Source: Phycisphaerales bacterium (GTDB lineage: Bacteria > Planctomycetota > Phycisphaerae > WQYP01). Taken from it: a DNA stretch of 32,344 bases. Positions 17,684 through 28,921 of this stretch are shown here, in pieces. Where the stretch lies: the NCBI GenBank assembly GCA_027451365.1, contig DAIDJN010000038.1, positions 1 through 32,344 of the forward strand, given 5' to 3'. Numbering within the stretch: the stretch's first letter is position 1; each line of letters opens with the position of its first letter. Under the pieces are notes generated by a model. It searched no databases. It was not told where the DNA came from and was given only the letters and a program-made list of their open reading frames with translations. The translations under genes were made by a program, and so were the position numbers.

Positions 17684-19039
17684 ATGAATTTCACCAATTC
17701 CGCATTCGGTTATGTCATGCTGACCATTATTGTATTGGCCATCTTCGCCGCACTGGCACTCCTTTGGAGCCTGCGGCAGAAAATCAGCAGCAGTCTGCCT
17801 GATTTAACCGACCATCTCAATTCCTCGGCGGATCAACTGCCTAAAGTGGTTGGTGAAATGGAAATGCGATTCGAACGCTTGGAACGAACCCTGCGCGACG
17901 AAACCGCTGGCACCCGACGCGAACAGGCCGACCAGCAGCAGAAAGCCCGCCAGGAACTGGCCACGGCCCTGAAACAGACCGCGGATTCACTTAATTCCCA
18001 GTTAAACCAGCTCACCCAATCCAACAGCCAGAAACTTGACCAGGTACGCGACACCGTTGAAACGCGTCTGGAAAAAGTTCGCGGGTCTGTGGAAGAACGG
18101 CTCTTGCTTATTCAGCAGGATAACAATAAGAATCTTGAACAGATGCGTCACACTGTGGACGAAAAGCTCCAAGGCACACTGGAAAAACGCCTGGGTGAAT
18201 CGTTCAAACTTGTTACTGATCGCCTGGAACAGGTGCACAAGGGCCTCGGTGAAATGCAGGCTCTGGCCGTCGGCGTGGGAGACCTCAAGCGTGTGCTGGG
18301 CAATGTGAAATCCCGCGGCGTATTTGGCGAAGTGCAGCTTGCCGCCCTTCTTGAAGATGTTCTTACTCCCGAACAATATGTACGCAACATTTCCGTCCGC
18401 AACAATGACCAGCGCGTTGAATTTGCCATTCGGCTGCCCGGAACCACCGGCGATGCGGACCAGCACGTGCTGCTGCCAATCGATGCCAAATTCCCGCTGG
18501 AAAATTATCGGCGGCTGGTAGAGGCTCAGGAAAAGCTGGATACCGACGCGGTCCACGCCGCCGGCCGGGCCTTGGAAGTGGATGTGGAATATTGTGCCGC
18601 GGATATCAGCGGCAAATACATCAACCCACCGGTCACGACCGATTTTGCCATTCTCTTTCTACCATCTGAAGGCCTATTCGCGGAAGTCGCACGGCGCGAG
18701 GGACTCGTCGAAAAGCTGCAACGCAAACTCAAAATAACCATGGCCGGCCCCACGACGCTCTGGTCGATCCTGACCAGCATTCAAATGGGATTCCGTACGC
18801 TGGCCATTCAAAAGCATTCCAGCGAAGTCTGGAATGTGCTTTCGGAGGTAAAAACAGAATTCCAGAAGTTTGGCGAATCGCTGGATCGGGTTCAGAAAAA
18901 ACTGCAGGACGCACAGGGTTCCATTGAAGATGTCGCGACCCGCAAGCGAGCCATGGAACGCAAACTTAAGGGCGTTCAGACGCTGCCCGTCGGCAACAAT
19001 CCACCCCCGCTGCTGGCATCGGCAAACGATGGCGAATAA
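17684..19039 (+). CDS. rmuC: DNA recombination protein RmuC
   Basis: N-terminal TM and coiled coil, KSRGVFGEVQL, VEFAIRLPG, LPIDAKFPLENY (PD-(D/E)xK-like), TTDFAILFLPSEGLFAE, GPTTL, GFRTLAI. Confidence 0.95.
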   Translation: MNFTNSAFGYVMLTIIVLAIFAALALLWSLRQKISSSLPDLTDHLNSSADQLPKVVGEMEMRFERLERTLRDETAGTRREQADQQQKARQELATALKQTADSLNSQLNQLTQSNSQKLDQVRDTVETRLEKVRGSVEERLLLIQQDNNKNLEQMRHTVDEKLQGTLEKRLGESFKLVTDRLEQVHKGLGEMQALAVGVGDLKRVLGNVKSRGVFGEVQLAALLEDVLTPEQYVRNISVRNNDQRVEFAIRLPGTTGDADQHVLLPIDAKFPLENYRRLVEAQEKLDTDAVHAAGRALEVDVEYCAADISGKYINPPVTTDFAILFLPSEGLFAEVARREGLVEKLQRKLKITMAGPTTLWSILTSIQMGFRTLAIQKHSSEVWNVLSEVKTEFQKFGESLDRVQKKLQDAQGSIEDVATRKRAMERKLKGVQTLPVGNNPPPLLASANDGE

Positions 19040-19062
19040 CCGCCCCCCCCGCCGCGCTTCGT

Positions 19063-19098
19063 AACCGTGATTGCTGAACATTCACGGTTCATTTTATC
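19063..19098 (+). terminator. Possible terminator hairpin between convergent rmuC and amt
   Basis: AACCGTGA (19063-19070) pairs with TCACGGTT (19082-19089), followed by CATTTTAT. Confidence 0.35.
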
Positions 19099-19193
19099 CT
19101 GCCGCTTCCCGCCGGTACCAACGGTTGTGTCACCGTGTCCCGGTGGCGCGAGTTCCGTAAAATCTTCGAGCGGGGCCATTATTTTACAAGAAT

Positions 19194-20642
19194 CTACATT
19201 GGATCCGCCGGAAATGCCGCGGAGGGTTCCGGCATGGCACCATTATCCCATGCGCTTTCACCGTGCTGACCAATATCCAGTCCTTCTGTTTCCAGTTCCT
19301 CGGAAACGCGCAATCCGATGGTCCGATGAATCAACCATCCCACAAACGCGGTTCCGGTGGCGGCCCAGGCTATTGCGCTTAACGCCGCAATAAATTCCAC
19401 ATTTAACTGATGGATATTGCCTGCAATCAAACCGGAAATGCCATTTACGGCCATACCTGCGAACACACCCGTCAGAATCATTCCCAGAAAACCACCCACA
19501 CCGTGTACACCAAAGGCATCCAGCGAATCGTCATATCCAAAAAGCATTTTTATCTGCACCGCTAAATAACAGAATAGACCCGCAAGCAGCCCGATTATCG
19601 GTGATGACCAGATTGCAACATAGCCGCAGGCGGGTGTAATGGCCACCAGACCGGCCACGGCTCCGGACGCCAGGCCCAGCGTGCTGATGCGCCTATGATG
19701 CAGATACTCCGCCAGATTCCAGGATAGAGCGCCAGTTGCCGCCGCCAAGGTGGTATTCAGAAACGCCACGCCGGCAACGGCATTGGCCCCACCGGCCGAC
19801 CCGGCGTTAAAGCCATACCATCCAAACCACAAAATGCCCGCGCCGGTAAGTGTCAGCGCAAGCGAGCTTGGCTGCAATACCTGATTCGGATAGCCAGTTC
19901 TTCGTCCCAGCAGCATGGCCAATACCAGGCCGGACACGCCCGAAGCAATTTCCACGACGGTGCCGCCCGCAAAATCCACCGCGCCCATTTTATGCAGCCA
20001 CCCGCCGCCCCAGATAAAATGTGCCATCGGATCATAAACAAGCGTGCTCCACAGGATAAGAAACACGACAAATGCTCTAAATTTCATGCGCTCAGCTATC
20101 GCCCCGGCAATAACCGCCGGCGTAATCATTGCGAACATTGCCTGAAACATGCAGAAAACGGTCTCTGGAATTTTACCGCCCCCCGCGGAAACCAAGTGAT
20201 GTGGCGGCACGCCCAGCAGCAGCATTTTCGCCGGCTCCCACCCAATAATGCCCCATTTATCCGTGCCGAAGGCCAACATATAACCGAACAGAAACCACTG
20301 CACCAGCACCACACAAAGCGCCGTATAGGAGTGCATCATTGTGCCCAGCATGTTTTTCTTGCGGACCATGCCGCCATAAAATAGCGCCAAACCGGGAATC
20401 ATGAACATAACCAATGCGGTGCTCGTGAGCATCCAAGCCGTACTTCCGGTATCAATACCGGTCTGGGCGGCGGTGGCACCTGCGGAAGGTATTGCATCCG
20501 GTGTGGCGGCCATCGCGGTCGCGGGTCCAAACACCACTATTCCAATGGCAAAAAGTCCGATGAAGATGCCGATTTTCAGAAATCTATTTTTTGACGCGTT
20601 GCAAGATTTCTGGCAGATACCGTCATTGCGAAATAAATACAC
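19194..20642 (-). CDS. amtB: Ammonium transporter (Amt family) with N-terminal signal peptide
   Basis: DTGSTAWML, MIPGLALFYGGMVR, FQAMFAMIT, AIAERMKF, DFAGGTVV, LWFGWYGFNAGS, GLVAITPACG, DDSLDAFGVHG, HGESA. The GTG at 20642 follows SD GGAG and lies downstream of an extended -10. Confidence 0.95.
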   Translation of the reverse strand: MYLFRNDGICQKSCNASKNRFLKIGIFIGLFAIGIVVFGPATAMAATPDAIPSAGATAAQTGIDTGSTAWMLTSTALVMFMIPGLALFYGGMVRKKNMLGTMMHSYTALCVVLVQWFLFGYMLAFGTDKWGIIGWEPAKMLLLGVPPHHLVSAGGGKIPETVFCMFQAMFAMITPAVIAGAIAERMKFRAFVVFLILWSTLVYDPMAHFIWGGGWLHKMGAVDFAGGTVVEIASGVSGLVLAMLLGRRTGYPNQVLQPSSLALTLTGAGILWFGWYGFNAGSAGGANAVAGVAFLNTTLAAATGALSWNLAEYLHHRRISTLGLASGAVAGLVAITPACGYVAIWSSPIIGLLAGLFCYLAVQIKMLFGYDDSLDAFGVHGVGGFLGMILTGVFAGMAVNGISGLIAGNIHQLNVEFIAALSAIAWAATGTAFVGWLIHRTIGLRVSEELETEGLDIGQHGESAWDNGAMPEPSAAFPADPM

Positions 20643-20678
20643 AAACTCTCCAAAACAGGCATAATCAAATAGACCGCC

Positions 20679-20706
20679 ATTATAACAGGCGTACATTTAG
20701 CGTAAA
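20679..20706 (-). promoter_or_regulatory. sigma70 extended -10 promoter for amt
   Basis: Minus strand: TTTACG, 16 nt, TATAAT with TGn extension (TGtTATAAT). It places the transcription start downstream of the ORF-track ATG at 20696, which supports the GTG start. Confidence 0.5.
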
Positions 20707-20943
20707 CAATAGGCATTTTTAGCATCTTAAGTACGATATTGTGCACAAAAAGGTGATAAATGCAACTTTTACAATCACAATGAATGCCTTTTGCCTATTT
20801 TTTACACATAAATTAATTTGGTCATCAATTAACTCGCAGCGTATACGTCGGCTTTTCTGCAGATTTGAGCCGCCATACATGTGCCAAAACACCTTCGTGC
20901 TCCCCTTGGCGACACATTGCCGCACAAAAGCTACAATTAAACA

Positions 20944-22023
20944 ATGGCTCATTTTTCGCTGCCTCTTCACCACTCGCATCGACCACCGGTCAAGGGCCGG
21001 GGCATCACGGTCAATCCACCCAACCGGTTTGAACAGACCCATCAGGAACGGGATACAGATTCTGATGAGCCGCCGACACTGCATGCGCAAACTCGGCTGC
21101 TGCCCGACCATGCCAAAACGCTGATTCGCCGGAATGACAGTCCGGATATCGGCTTTGACTATTCCCTGAACGTCTATCGGGGGTGCGAGCATGGATGTGT
21201 GTACTGTTACGCGCGGCCCACGCACGAAACGCTTGGCTTTTCCGCTGGTTTGGATTTTGAAACCAATATTTTAGTGAAATATGATGCGCCGGAAATTCTT
21301 CGGCGTGAACTTCTGCACCCGAAATGGCACGGAGACGTTATAACCATGTCCAGCGTCACCGATTGCTATCAGCCATTGGAACGCACGCTGGAACTGACCC
21401 GCCGATGCCTGAAAATTCTGGCGGAATTTCAAAATCCCATCACCATTATCACGAAAAACCATCTGGTCACGCGGGATGTGGATATACTTCAAACGCTGGC
21501 CAGGGCCAATGCGGTGCGGGTCTATATTTCCATTACCACGCTGCGCCACGACCTGGTGAGGGTTATGGAACCACGAACTTCTGTGCCAGCGCGCCGGCTG
21601 GACGCCATTAAGACCCTGACTGCGGCCGGAATTCCCACAGGCGTCCTCGTGGCACCGGTCATTCCCGGTCTGACGGATGAAGAAATAGCAAATATTGTGA
21701 CGGCAGCGGCGCAAGCGGGCGCAGTTTTTGCCGATATGACGCCCATACGACTTCCCTACGCGGTCAAAGACCTGTTTGTCAGTTGGCTGAAAGTTCACTT
21801 TCCCGACCGCGCAGAGAAAGTTCTTTCACGAATTCGCGACATGCGCGGCGGAAAACTGAACGATCCGAGTTTTCACTCGCGAATGCAAGGCCGAGGCATT
21901 TTTGCCGATCAGTTGAATGGGCTGTTCCGCATCGCGTGCATGAAGGCGGGAATTCTCAGCGGACCACCATTGCTCAGCAGCAATTCATTTCGGCGGCCTT
22001 GCGGACAAGGATCGCTGTTTTAG
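20944..22023 (+). CDS. PA0069-family radical SAM protein (spore photoproduct lyase-like)
   Basis: KGRG...NPPNRF, NDSPDIGFDYSLNVYRGCEHGCVYCYARPTHE (CxxxCxxC), AGLDFET, TDCYQPLER, MEPRTS, VAPVIPGL, C-terminal QGSLF. Confidence 0.92.
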   Translation: MAHFSLPLHHSHRPPVKGRGITVNPPNRFEQTHQERDTDSDEPPTLHAQTRLLPDHAKTLIRRNDSPDIGFDYSLNVYRGCEHGCVYCYARPTHETLGFSAGLDFETNILVKYDAPEILRRELLHPKWHGDVITMSSVTDCYQPLERTLELTRRCLKILAEFQNPITIITKNHLVTRDVDILQTLARANAVRVYISITTLRHDLVRVMEPRTSVPARRLDAIKTLTAAGIPTGVLVAPVIPGLTDEEIANIVTAAAQAGAVFADMTPIRLPYAVKDLFVSWLKVHFPDRAEKVLSRIRDMRGGKLNDPSFHSRMQGRGIFADQLNGLFRIACMKAGILSGPPLLSSNSFRRPCGQGSLF

Positions 22024-22148
22024 CATCACACGATTGAATTTCCGCACATTTGATTGACAAAAACAGCGGTATTTATTCATGTGGAAACTATCGTGGATCA
22101 ATAGCCGCCATTTTTCTCATCAGAGCAACATCCGCAACTGCAGCCTGA

Positions 22149-22175
22149 GGGCCGACCGTACGACAAGGTCGGCCC
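22149..22175. terminator. GC-rich 9-bp hairpin between convergent radical SAM and gltD genes
   Basis: GGGCCGACC-gtacgacaa-GGTCGGCCC is a perfect inverted repeat. There is no clear U-tract. Confidence 0.35.
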
Positions 22176-22480
22176 GCACAATTGACCGCCAGACTCCTTA
22201 CATCCCGGTTTGCTCCGTCGGCCGTCCGGCAAAAGACCGGATAATGGCCGCCAGCGGTATATGCAGCACCACCATCAATAGCACGTTTATCAGGGTACGA
22301 ATCGCGGCGTTATGGTGCAAACATCGTGTTCCGCATCCCCCACAACAGGTCCGGATGTCGACTTACAATTTGTTTGCGGACAGGTTTTGTCGCGTCGGAA
22401 TAGATCACACGTTCGCGTTCAGAAACGCGATCCTCCGAATATCATCCGGAGCATTATCGGTCAACGCAAGTTCTATTCCT

Positions 22481-23956
22481 TTATGGCAGCGTTGTTGCGC
22501 CCATAAGAAAACGGTCGCATTCGCGAGCCGCGCCACGGCCTTCATTAATAGCCCAGACCACCAAGGACTGCCCGCGCCGGCAATCGCCAGCCGCAAAAAC
22601 GCCTTCCACAGAAGTGGCAAATTTGCCGTAATCAGCCTTGAAATTCGAGCGATCATCGGTCTTAAGGCCAAATTGCCGTGCCAGTGTTTCTTCCGGCCCA
22701 ACGAAACCCATGGCCAGCAGCACAAGGTCCGCAGGCCATTCGCGATCGGAACCAGGCACTTCGGTCATGGCAACCTTGCCATTGGCTCCAGTCCATTGCA
22801 CCGCCACGGTTTTGACCGCCCGGACATGGCCTTTATCATCGCCTAGAAATTCTTTGGTCAATATGCTGTACTGTCGCGGGTCTTGACCAAAAACGGCGCG
22901 AACTTCATCGTGGCCATAATCCACGCGGTAAATCCGCGGCCACTGCGGCCATGGATTTTCCGGAGCGCGCGTCGCCGGAGGCTGGGCGAGCAGCTCAAAA
23001 TTCACCAGCCCGCGGCAGCCATGCCGCATGGAAGTGCCTATGCAGTCCGTGCCGGTGTCGCCACCACCAATGACAATCACATTTTTATCCTTGGCGGAAA
23101 TAAATTTTCCATCGGCGTGTTCAGAATCCAGCAGGCTTTTGGTATTGGCATGAAGGAAATCCATGGCAAAATGAATGCCCGCCAGATTGCGGCCGGGAAT
23201 TGGTTTCCGGTCGTGGCCGAGCATATCGCGAGCCTTGGTCGCCCCGCAACAGAGAATCATGGCGTCAAATTGCCGCAGCAGATCATGAACATTGACATCC
23301 TGCCCCACATGCACACCAGTAATGAATGTCACGCCTTCCTGTTCCATCAGTTTTACGCGGCGGTCTACCACCTGGCGCTTATCCAGCTTCATATTCGGGA
23401 TACCGTACATCAGCAGGCCACCAATCCGATCGGACCGCTCATACACCGTGACCAGATGTCCCGCTTTGTTTAGCTGATCGGCGGCGGCCAAGCCCGCCGG
23501 CCCCGAACCAATCACAGCCACCTTTTTACCAGTGCGGGATAAAGGTGGACGGGGCACGACCCATCCGCTGGCCCAGGCATGGTCGATAATGGACTGTTCG
23601 ATATTTTTAATGGTTACCGGCGGCTCATTGATTCCAAGCACGCAAGAACCTTCACACGGTGCCGGGCAGACGCGACCGGTGAATTCAGGAAAATTATTGG
23701 TTTTCCACAGGCGTTCAATCGCGGTTTTCCACTGGTCTTTGTAAACAAGATCGTTCCACTCGGGAATAATGTTATTGACCGGACAGCCATTCTGACAAAA
23801 AGGCACACCGCAATCCATGCAGCGGGCGCCCTGCTGACGCAGCTTGGGGTCAGGCATATGGTCGTGAAATTCATTCCAGTCCAGAATGCGCAGCTTGGCG
23901 GAACGATCCTGCGGCAATTCTCGGGAGAATTCCATAAAACCGGTGGGCTTACCCAT
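22481..23956 (-). CDS. gltD: Glutamate synthase small (beta) subunit
   Basis: MGKPTGF start, [10 protein letters not shown]...[51 protein letters not shown]. Overlaps the gltB end by 8 nt. Confidence 0.96.
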   Translation of the reverse strand: MGKPTGFMEFSRELPQDRSAKLRILDWNEFHDHMPDPKLRQQGARCMDCGVPFCQNGCPVNNIIPEWNDLVYKDQWKTAIERLWKTNNFPEFTGRVCPAPCEGSCVLGINEPPVTIKNIEQSIIDHAWASGWVVPRPPLSRTGKKVAVIGSGPAGLAAADQLNKAGHLVTVYERSDRIGGLLMYGIPNMKLDKRQVVDRRVKLMEQEGVTFITGVHVGQDVNVHDLLRQFDAMILCCGATKARDMLGHDRKPIPGRNLAGIHFAMDFLHANTKSLLDSEHADGKFISAKDKNVIVIGGGDTGTDCIGTSMRHGCRGLVNFELLAQPPATRAPENPWPQWPRIYRVDYGHDEVRAVFGQDPRQYSILTKEFLGDDKGHVRAVKTVAVQWTGANGKVAMTEVPGSDREWPADLVLLAMGFVGPEETLARQFGLKTDDRSNFKADYGKFATSVEGVFAAGDCRRGQSLVVWAINEGRGAARECDRFLMGATTLP

Positions 23957-26900
23957 TTGGCACCCCCTGCATGGCAGCCACCGATTGCCGAGCCTGTTGC
24001 TGAAGGGCGCGTTTGTAATCCGTCGGAATAACTTTATGGAACCTGGCAAGTTCCAGGGGCCAGTTTTTAAGAATTCTTTCCGCCACAGCGCTGGTGGTCG
24101 CGGCACGGTGTTCTTCAATCATGGTTCTAAGTTCCGCAATATCGTTTTCATCGGTTAATTTTTCCAGTTCCACCATCGCCAGATTGCAGCGCGGAAGAAA
24201 CTGATCTTCCGGATCGTACACAAACGCTACGCCGCCGGACATACCGGCTGCAAAATTACGGCCTGTGACGCCAAGAATCACCACTCGGCCACCGGTCATG
24301 TATTCACAACCATGGTCACCCACGCCTTCAACCACCGCCGAAGCGCCGGAGTTTCGCACGCAGAACCGTTCACCCGCCATTCCGCGGAAAAAGGCTTTGC
24401 CACTGGTTGCCCCGTACAGCGCCACATTCCCGATCAGAATGTTTTCGCACGGCACAAAAGTGCTCGCCCGATCTGGATATACGGCTATCATGCCACCCGA
24501 AAGGCCCTTGCCGACGTAATCGTTGGCGTCACCTTCCAGTTCAATATATACCCCGCGTGCAAGCCACGCGCCCAGACTTTGCCCAGCCGAACCGCGAAGC
24601 TTTATATGAACTGTTTTTTCCGGAAGGCCAAGTTCACCATAGCGCTTTGCAATTTCATGACTAAGTGTGGTACCCACCGTCCTGTTGGTGTTCTTAATCG
24701 GATATTCAAGTTTCACCGGCGTCGCATTTTCAATGGCGGCCCTGGCTTGCTTGATAATCTGATTATCCAACGCAAGGTCCAACCCATGGTCCTGCTTTCT
24801 GGTGGCATAAACTTCCACATTTTCATGGAGCTTTACCGCCGGGGAAAGAATTGGAGCCAGGTCCAGGCCTTCCGCTTTCCAATGTTGAATCGCGGCATCC
24901 ACTTCCAGCCGGTCCACCCGGCCAATCATTTCATTGAATGTGCGAAAGCCCATAAAGGCCATCAGCTCGCGGACTTCCTCCGCCAGCAGGAACATGAAAT
25001 TCACGACATATTCAGGCTTGCCGGCGAATTTCGCGCGAAGCACCGGATCCTGCGTCGCAATGCCCACAGGGCAGGTGTTCAGATGGCAGACCCGCATCAT
25101 GATGCAGCCGATGGTTACCAGCGGAACAGTGGCAAAGCCGAATTCCTCGGCCCCCAGCAATGCCCCGATAACCACATCGCGGCCGGTCTTCAGCTGACCA
25201 TCCACCTGCACCACTATGCGGCTGCGCAAGTCGTTAAGCACCAGAGTCTGATGCGCTTCGGCTAACCCCAGTTCCCAAGGCGTACCGGCGTGTTTAATGC
25301 TTGTCAGCGGGGACGCACCCGTACCGCCATCGTGACCGGCAATCACCACGTGATCCGCGTGGGCTTTTGAAACTCCCGCGGCCACTGTGCCCACACCCAT
25401 TTCCGCTACCAGCTTCACACTGATCCGGGCGGATGGGTTGGCGTTTTTCAGATCATGGATAAGCTGTGCCAGATCTTCAATGGAATAAATATCGTGGTGC
25501 GGCGGCGGACTGATCAACTGCACGCCCGGCGTTGCATGCCGCAGTTGGCCAATGTAGCGATCAACCTTATGGCCTGGCAACTGACCGCCTTCACCCGGTT
25601 TGGCACCCTGCGCCATTTTAATTTGCAGTTCATCCGCATTGGCCATGTAGTTGATTGTCACACCAAACCGACCGCTGGCAACCTGTTTAATAGCTGAGCG
25701 GCGGGAATCGCCATTGGCATCCGGTTTGAACCGGCGGGCATCTTCGCCACCTTCACCCGTGTTGGATTTTCCGCCAATCCGGTTCATGGCAATGGCCAGT
25801 GTTTCATGTGCTTCGGTGGAAATGGAACCGAGGCTCATAGCGCCAGTTGCAAACCGTTTCACAATGTCCGCCGCCGATTCAACCTCCGCCAGCATGACCG
25901 GCTTATCCGCCGGTTTTAACTTGAATAACCCGCGCAACGTGCACAAATGTCCGGCCTGTTCATTTATAAGCCGGGCATAACGGGCGTAGGCCTCGCGAGA
26001 ATTGGTTCGGGCGGCATCCTGCAAATGCGCGATGGTTTCCGGATTCAGCAGGTGTTGTTCACCGTTTTTGCGCCACGAATACTGACCGCCTTCCGGCAGC
26101 ATCGGCAGGTGCACATCGCTGGGGTTTACCGGATAACCAATCGCATGGCGGCGCATTGCTTCGGCCGCGAGCACATCAAAGCCAACGCCATCAATTTTGG
26201 AAACAGTTCCGGCAAAGCAGCGGTCAATAACATTCTGGGACAGACCGACGGCTTCGAATATCTGGGCACCCTTGTAGCTTTGCAACGTGGAAATACCCAT
26301 TTTGCTCATGACCTTCAGGATACCCTTGCCCGCGGCCTTGATATAGTTTTTAACCAGCTTTTCATCATCCAGCGATGAATCAACCGTTTTTTCCAGCCGC
26401 AGATTCCACAGCACCTCAAATGCCAGGTAGGGGTTAATTGCGTCCGCGCCATAGCCGATCAACATACAATGATGATGCACTTCGCGGGCTTCGCCTGTTT
26501 CCAGCACCAGGCCGATGCGCGTCCGCGTGCCCTGCCGCACCAGATGATGATGCACGCTGCCGCAGGCCAGAAGCGTGGGAATTGCTATGTGGCTTTCATC
26601 CACAGCCCGATCACTCAAAATGACCAGCTCACAGCCATCTTCAATTGCCTGGGAAGTGCGCTGGCAAATATCGTCCAGCGCCGCAAGCATTGCCTGCTCG
26701 CCCCCCGACCGTTCAAACACAGTGCTGATGACGCGGCTCGTCCAACCGCGCACCGGCGATTTTTCCAGCCCCTTAAGGCGGCTAAGCTGCGCGTTTGTCA
26801 GAATCGGCTGGGGAATAAGCAAACGGTGGCAATGTTCAGGCGTGGTTGCCAGCAGATTCTGTTCCGGACCAATGTAGCTTTCCAGACTCATGACAATGGA

Positions 26901-28544
26901 TTCCTTGTCGGAATCCAGAGGAGGATTGGTAACCTGGGCAAACGCCTGTTTGAAATAATCATAGATCAGCCGCGGCTGATCGCTAAGGCAGGCCAGCGCC
27001 GCGTCATTACCCATCGATCCCAGCGCCTCAAGCCCGTTGGTACCCATGGGAAGCAGCAATTTGTATACATCTTCAGTGGTGTAGCCCAGGCATTGGGTTC
27101 GCCGTAAAAGCGACGGGGAATCCAGACCCGGAACATCTGACGCCACCGGCAGATCGTCCAGCGTCAACCTCTGTTCCTGCAACCATTTCCCATAAGGCTG
27201 GGCCGACGCAAGTTGTGCTTTTAATTCAGAATCGTCAATAATCCGACCCTGCTGAAAATCCACGAGGAACATTCGGCCAGGCTGCAGACGCCCTTTTCGC
27301 GCCACATTCGCTGGATCCACGTCCAGCACGCCCACTTCGCTGGCCATGATTACCAGGTCATCTTTGGTAACATAATATCGACTGGGCCGCAGACCATTAC
27401 GATCCAGAACCGCACCAATATAGTGACCATCGGTAAATGCCACTGAAGCCGGTCCGTCCCATGGCTCCATGAGGCAGGAATGATATTCATAAAATGCCCG
27501 GCGACGCGGATCCATTGATTCATGGTTCTGCCACGCTTCGGGGATCATCATCATGACCGATTGCGGCAGCGAACGGCCCGTATGCAAAAGCATTTCAAGA
27601 CAGTTGTCAAATTCGCCGGAATCAGACGTGCCGGATTCCACCACCGGCTTTATCAATTCCACATCGCGGCCAAAAAGTTCCGAGGCGAACATCCCTTCAC
27701 GCGCGTGCATCCAATTGCTGTTGCCGCGCCGGGTGTTAATTTCGCCATTGTGCGCCATGAAACGCATGGGCTGCGCGCGATCCCATGATGGGAACGTATT
27801 GGTACTGAACCGCGAATGCACGAGTGCCAGGTGGCTGACATATTCCGGATCGTTGATATCCGCGGCAAAATATTGCCGCACCTGCATGGATGTCAACTGT
27901 CCCTTATAAATAAGCACTTTGGTGCTTAAAGAACAGACATAAAAATAATCGGACTGGTCAATATCCGCGCTCCGAATCGTTTGCGTAACGCGCTTGCGGA
28001 CAATGTACAATTGACGCTCAAGATTTTCCGAATCCATGCCGACCGGGCCGCGCACAAAAATCATGCGCATGCGAGGCTCGGTTCGCTTTGCCGACGGACC
28101 TATCATGGAATTATCGGTCGGCACATTCCGCCAGCCAATGAGCGACAGCCCGCGCGCGGAAATCTGTTCAGCAAAAAGATTTTCACACCAGGCACGCTGT
28201 TCGTTGTCCGATGGAAGAAAAACAATTCCCGCCCCATATTCACCGGCCGCCGGCAACGTAAGCCCTGCATCGCGATTTGCCGCTTTGGCTAAAAAATCAT
28301 GGGGCAGGCCCGTCAGGATGCCCGCACCGTCACCGGTGTTGTCCTCGCACCCGCACGCGCCGCGATGTTCCATGTGTTCAAGCATCGTCAGCGCGTTGAT
28401 CACAATATCGTGCGATTTCCGACCTTTTATGTGGGCGATAAAGCCGACACCGCAGCTGTCATGTTCCATGGCCGGATCATAAAGACCGATCTTGGTCGGC
28501 CTAAAACCCAGACGATTCACTATTTTCAAAGTACCGACCTCCAA
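23949..28544 (-). CDS. gltB: Glutamate synthase large (alpha) subunit
   Basis: [10 protein letters not shown] (catalytic N-terminal Cys after processing), [50 protein letters not shown] (3Fe-4S), C-terminal GXGXG repeats. Exact start is uncertain. Confidence 0.97.
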   Translation of the reverse strand: MEVGTLKIVNRLGFRPTKIGLYDPAMEHDSCGVGFIAHIKGRKSHDIVINALTMLEHMEHRGACGCEDNTGDGAGILTGLPHDFLAKAANRDAGLTLPAAGEYGAGIVFLPSDNEQRAWCENLFAEQISARGLSLIGWRNVPTDNSMIGPSAKRTEPRMRMIFVRGPVGMDSENLERQLYIVRKRVTQTIRSADIDQSDYFYVCSLSTKVLIYKGQLTSMQVRQYFAADINDPEYVSHLALVHSRFSTNTFPSWDRAQPMRFMAHNGEINTRRGNSNWMHAREGMFASELFGRDVELIKPVVESGTSDSGEFDNCLEMLLHTGRSLPQSVMMMIPEAWQNHESMDPRRRAFYEYHSCLMEPWDGPASVAFTDGHYIGAVLDRNGLRPSRYYVTKDDLVIMASEVGVLDVDPANVARKGRLQPGRMFLVDFQQGRIIDDSELKAQLASAQPYGKWLQEQRLTLDDLPVASDVPGLDSPSLLRRTQCLGYTTEDVYKLLLPMGTNGLEALGSMGNDAALACLSDQPRLIYDYFKQAFAQVTNPPLDSDKESIVMSLESYIGPEQNLLATTPEHCHRLLIPQPILTNAQLSRLKGLEKSPVRGWTSRVISTVFERSGGEQAMLAALDDICQRTSQAIEDGCELVILSDRAVDESHIAIPTLLACGSVHHHLVRQGTRTRIGLVLETGEAREVHHHCMLIGYGADAINPYLAFEVLWNLRLEKTVDSSLDDEKLVKNYIKAAGKGILKVMSKMGISTLQSYKGAQIFEAVGLSQNVIDRCFAGTVSKIDGVGFDVLAAEAMRRHAIGYPVNPSDVHLPMLPEGGQYSWRKNGEQHLLNPETIAHLQDAARTNSREAYARYARLINEQAGHLCTLRGLFKLKPADKPVMLAEVESAADIVKRFATGAMSLGSISTEAHETLAIAMNRIGGKSNTGEGGEDARRFKPDANGDSRRSAIKQVASGRFGVTINYMANADELQIKMAQGAKPGEGGQLPGHKVDRYIGQLRHATPGVQLISPPPHHDIYSIEDLAQLIHDLKNANPSARISVKLVAEMGVGTVAAGVSKAHADHVVIAGHDGGTGASPLTSIKHAGTPWELGLAEAHQTLVLNDLRSRIVVQVDGQLKTGRDVVIGALLGAEEFGFATVPLVTIGCIMMRVCHLNTCPVGIATQDPVLRAKFAGKPEYVVNFMFLLAEEVRELMAFMGFRTFNEMIGRVDRLEVDAAIQHWKAEGLDLAPILSPAVKLHENVEVYATRKQDHGLDLALDNQIIKQARAAIENATPVKLEYPIKNTNRTVGTTLSHEIAKRYGELGLPEKTVHIKLRGSAGQSLGAWLARGVYIELEGDANDYVGKGLSGGMIAVYPDRASTFVPCENILIGNVALYGATSGKAFFRGMAGERFCVRNSGASAVVEGVGDHGCEYMTGGRVVILGVTGRNFAAGMSGGVAFVYDPEDQFLPRCNLAMVELEKLTDENDIAELRTMIEEHRAATTSAVAERILKNWPLELARFHKVIPTDYKRALQQQARQSVAAMQGVPNG

Positions 28545-28619
28545 GTGAGGCGCACCCTCGGCTCAAAACAACTTCTTCCGCCAACGACCTGCAAGCCAAT
28601 TCACAGTCGCGAGCATTGT

Positions 28620-28649
28620 ATTCTACTATAGATTGCCCCCTCCTATCAA
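28620..28649 (-). promoter_or_regulatory. Candidate sigma70 promoter for gltBD
   Basis: Minus strand: TTGATA, 18 nt, TAGAAT. Confidence 0.4.
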
Positions 28650-28921
28650 TTCAACCACAAAATTTTGCGCCGGTCGGCACCCGCTAACGATAACAATGCC
28701 TTGGACCTTTTCCCGATTTGTCGCCGGATAATTAGGTCCGGACAGCGAAAATCAGTTGAAAACCGGTTATGATGGTCCGCATGAATTTCGGCCATCCGGA
28801 TGCCGGCAATTGCTGCCCGGCGCCTCCTGGCCTAGCCTCGGCGAAGCTCAACCCTATGAATTCCGCAATCACACCCGCCCCGGCTCCCGCAATTCCCGTG
28901 TGCCAGTCAGAATCTGCCCGG

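Noticed and set aside
20742..20758. NtrC-like site TGCACAAAAAGGTGATA
   Set aside because: Spacing and the right half deviate from TGCACC-N5-GGTGCA, and it lies downstream of the sigma54-like motif relative to amt.
22079..22846. 255-aa + strand ORF
   Set aside because: About half overlaps gltD antisense, it has no SD, and its composition is not protein-like.
24312..25265. 317-aa + strand ORF and other ORFs opposite gltB
   Set aside because: Antisense shadows expected from codon bias in a GC-rich gene.
28769..28921. Long N-terminal extension of MnmG (likewise the ORF-track extensions of gltD, rpoD, rmuC, moxR and the ABC ATPase)
   Set aside because: Family homology, and for several genes an SD site, point to downstream starts. 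The extensions are artefacts of longest-ORF calling.
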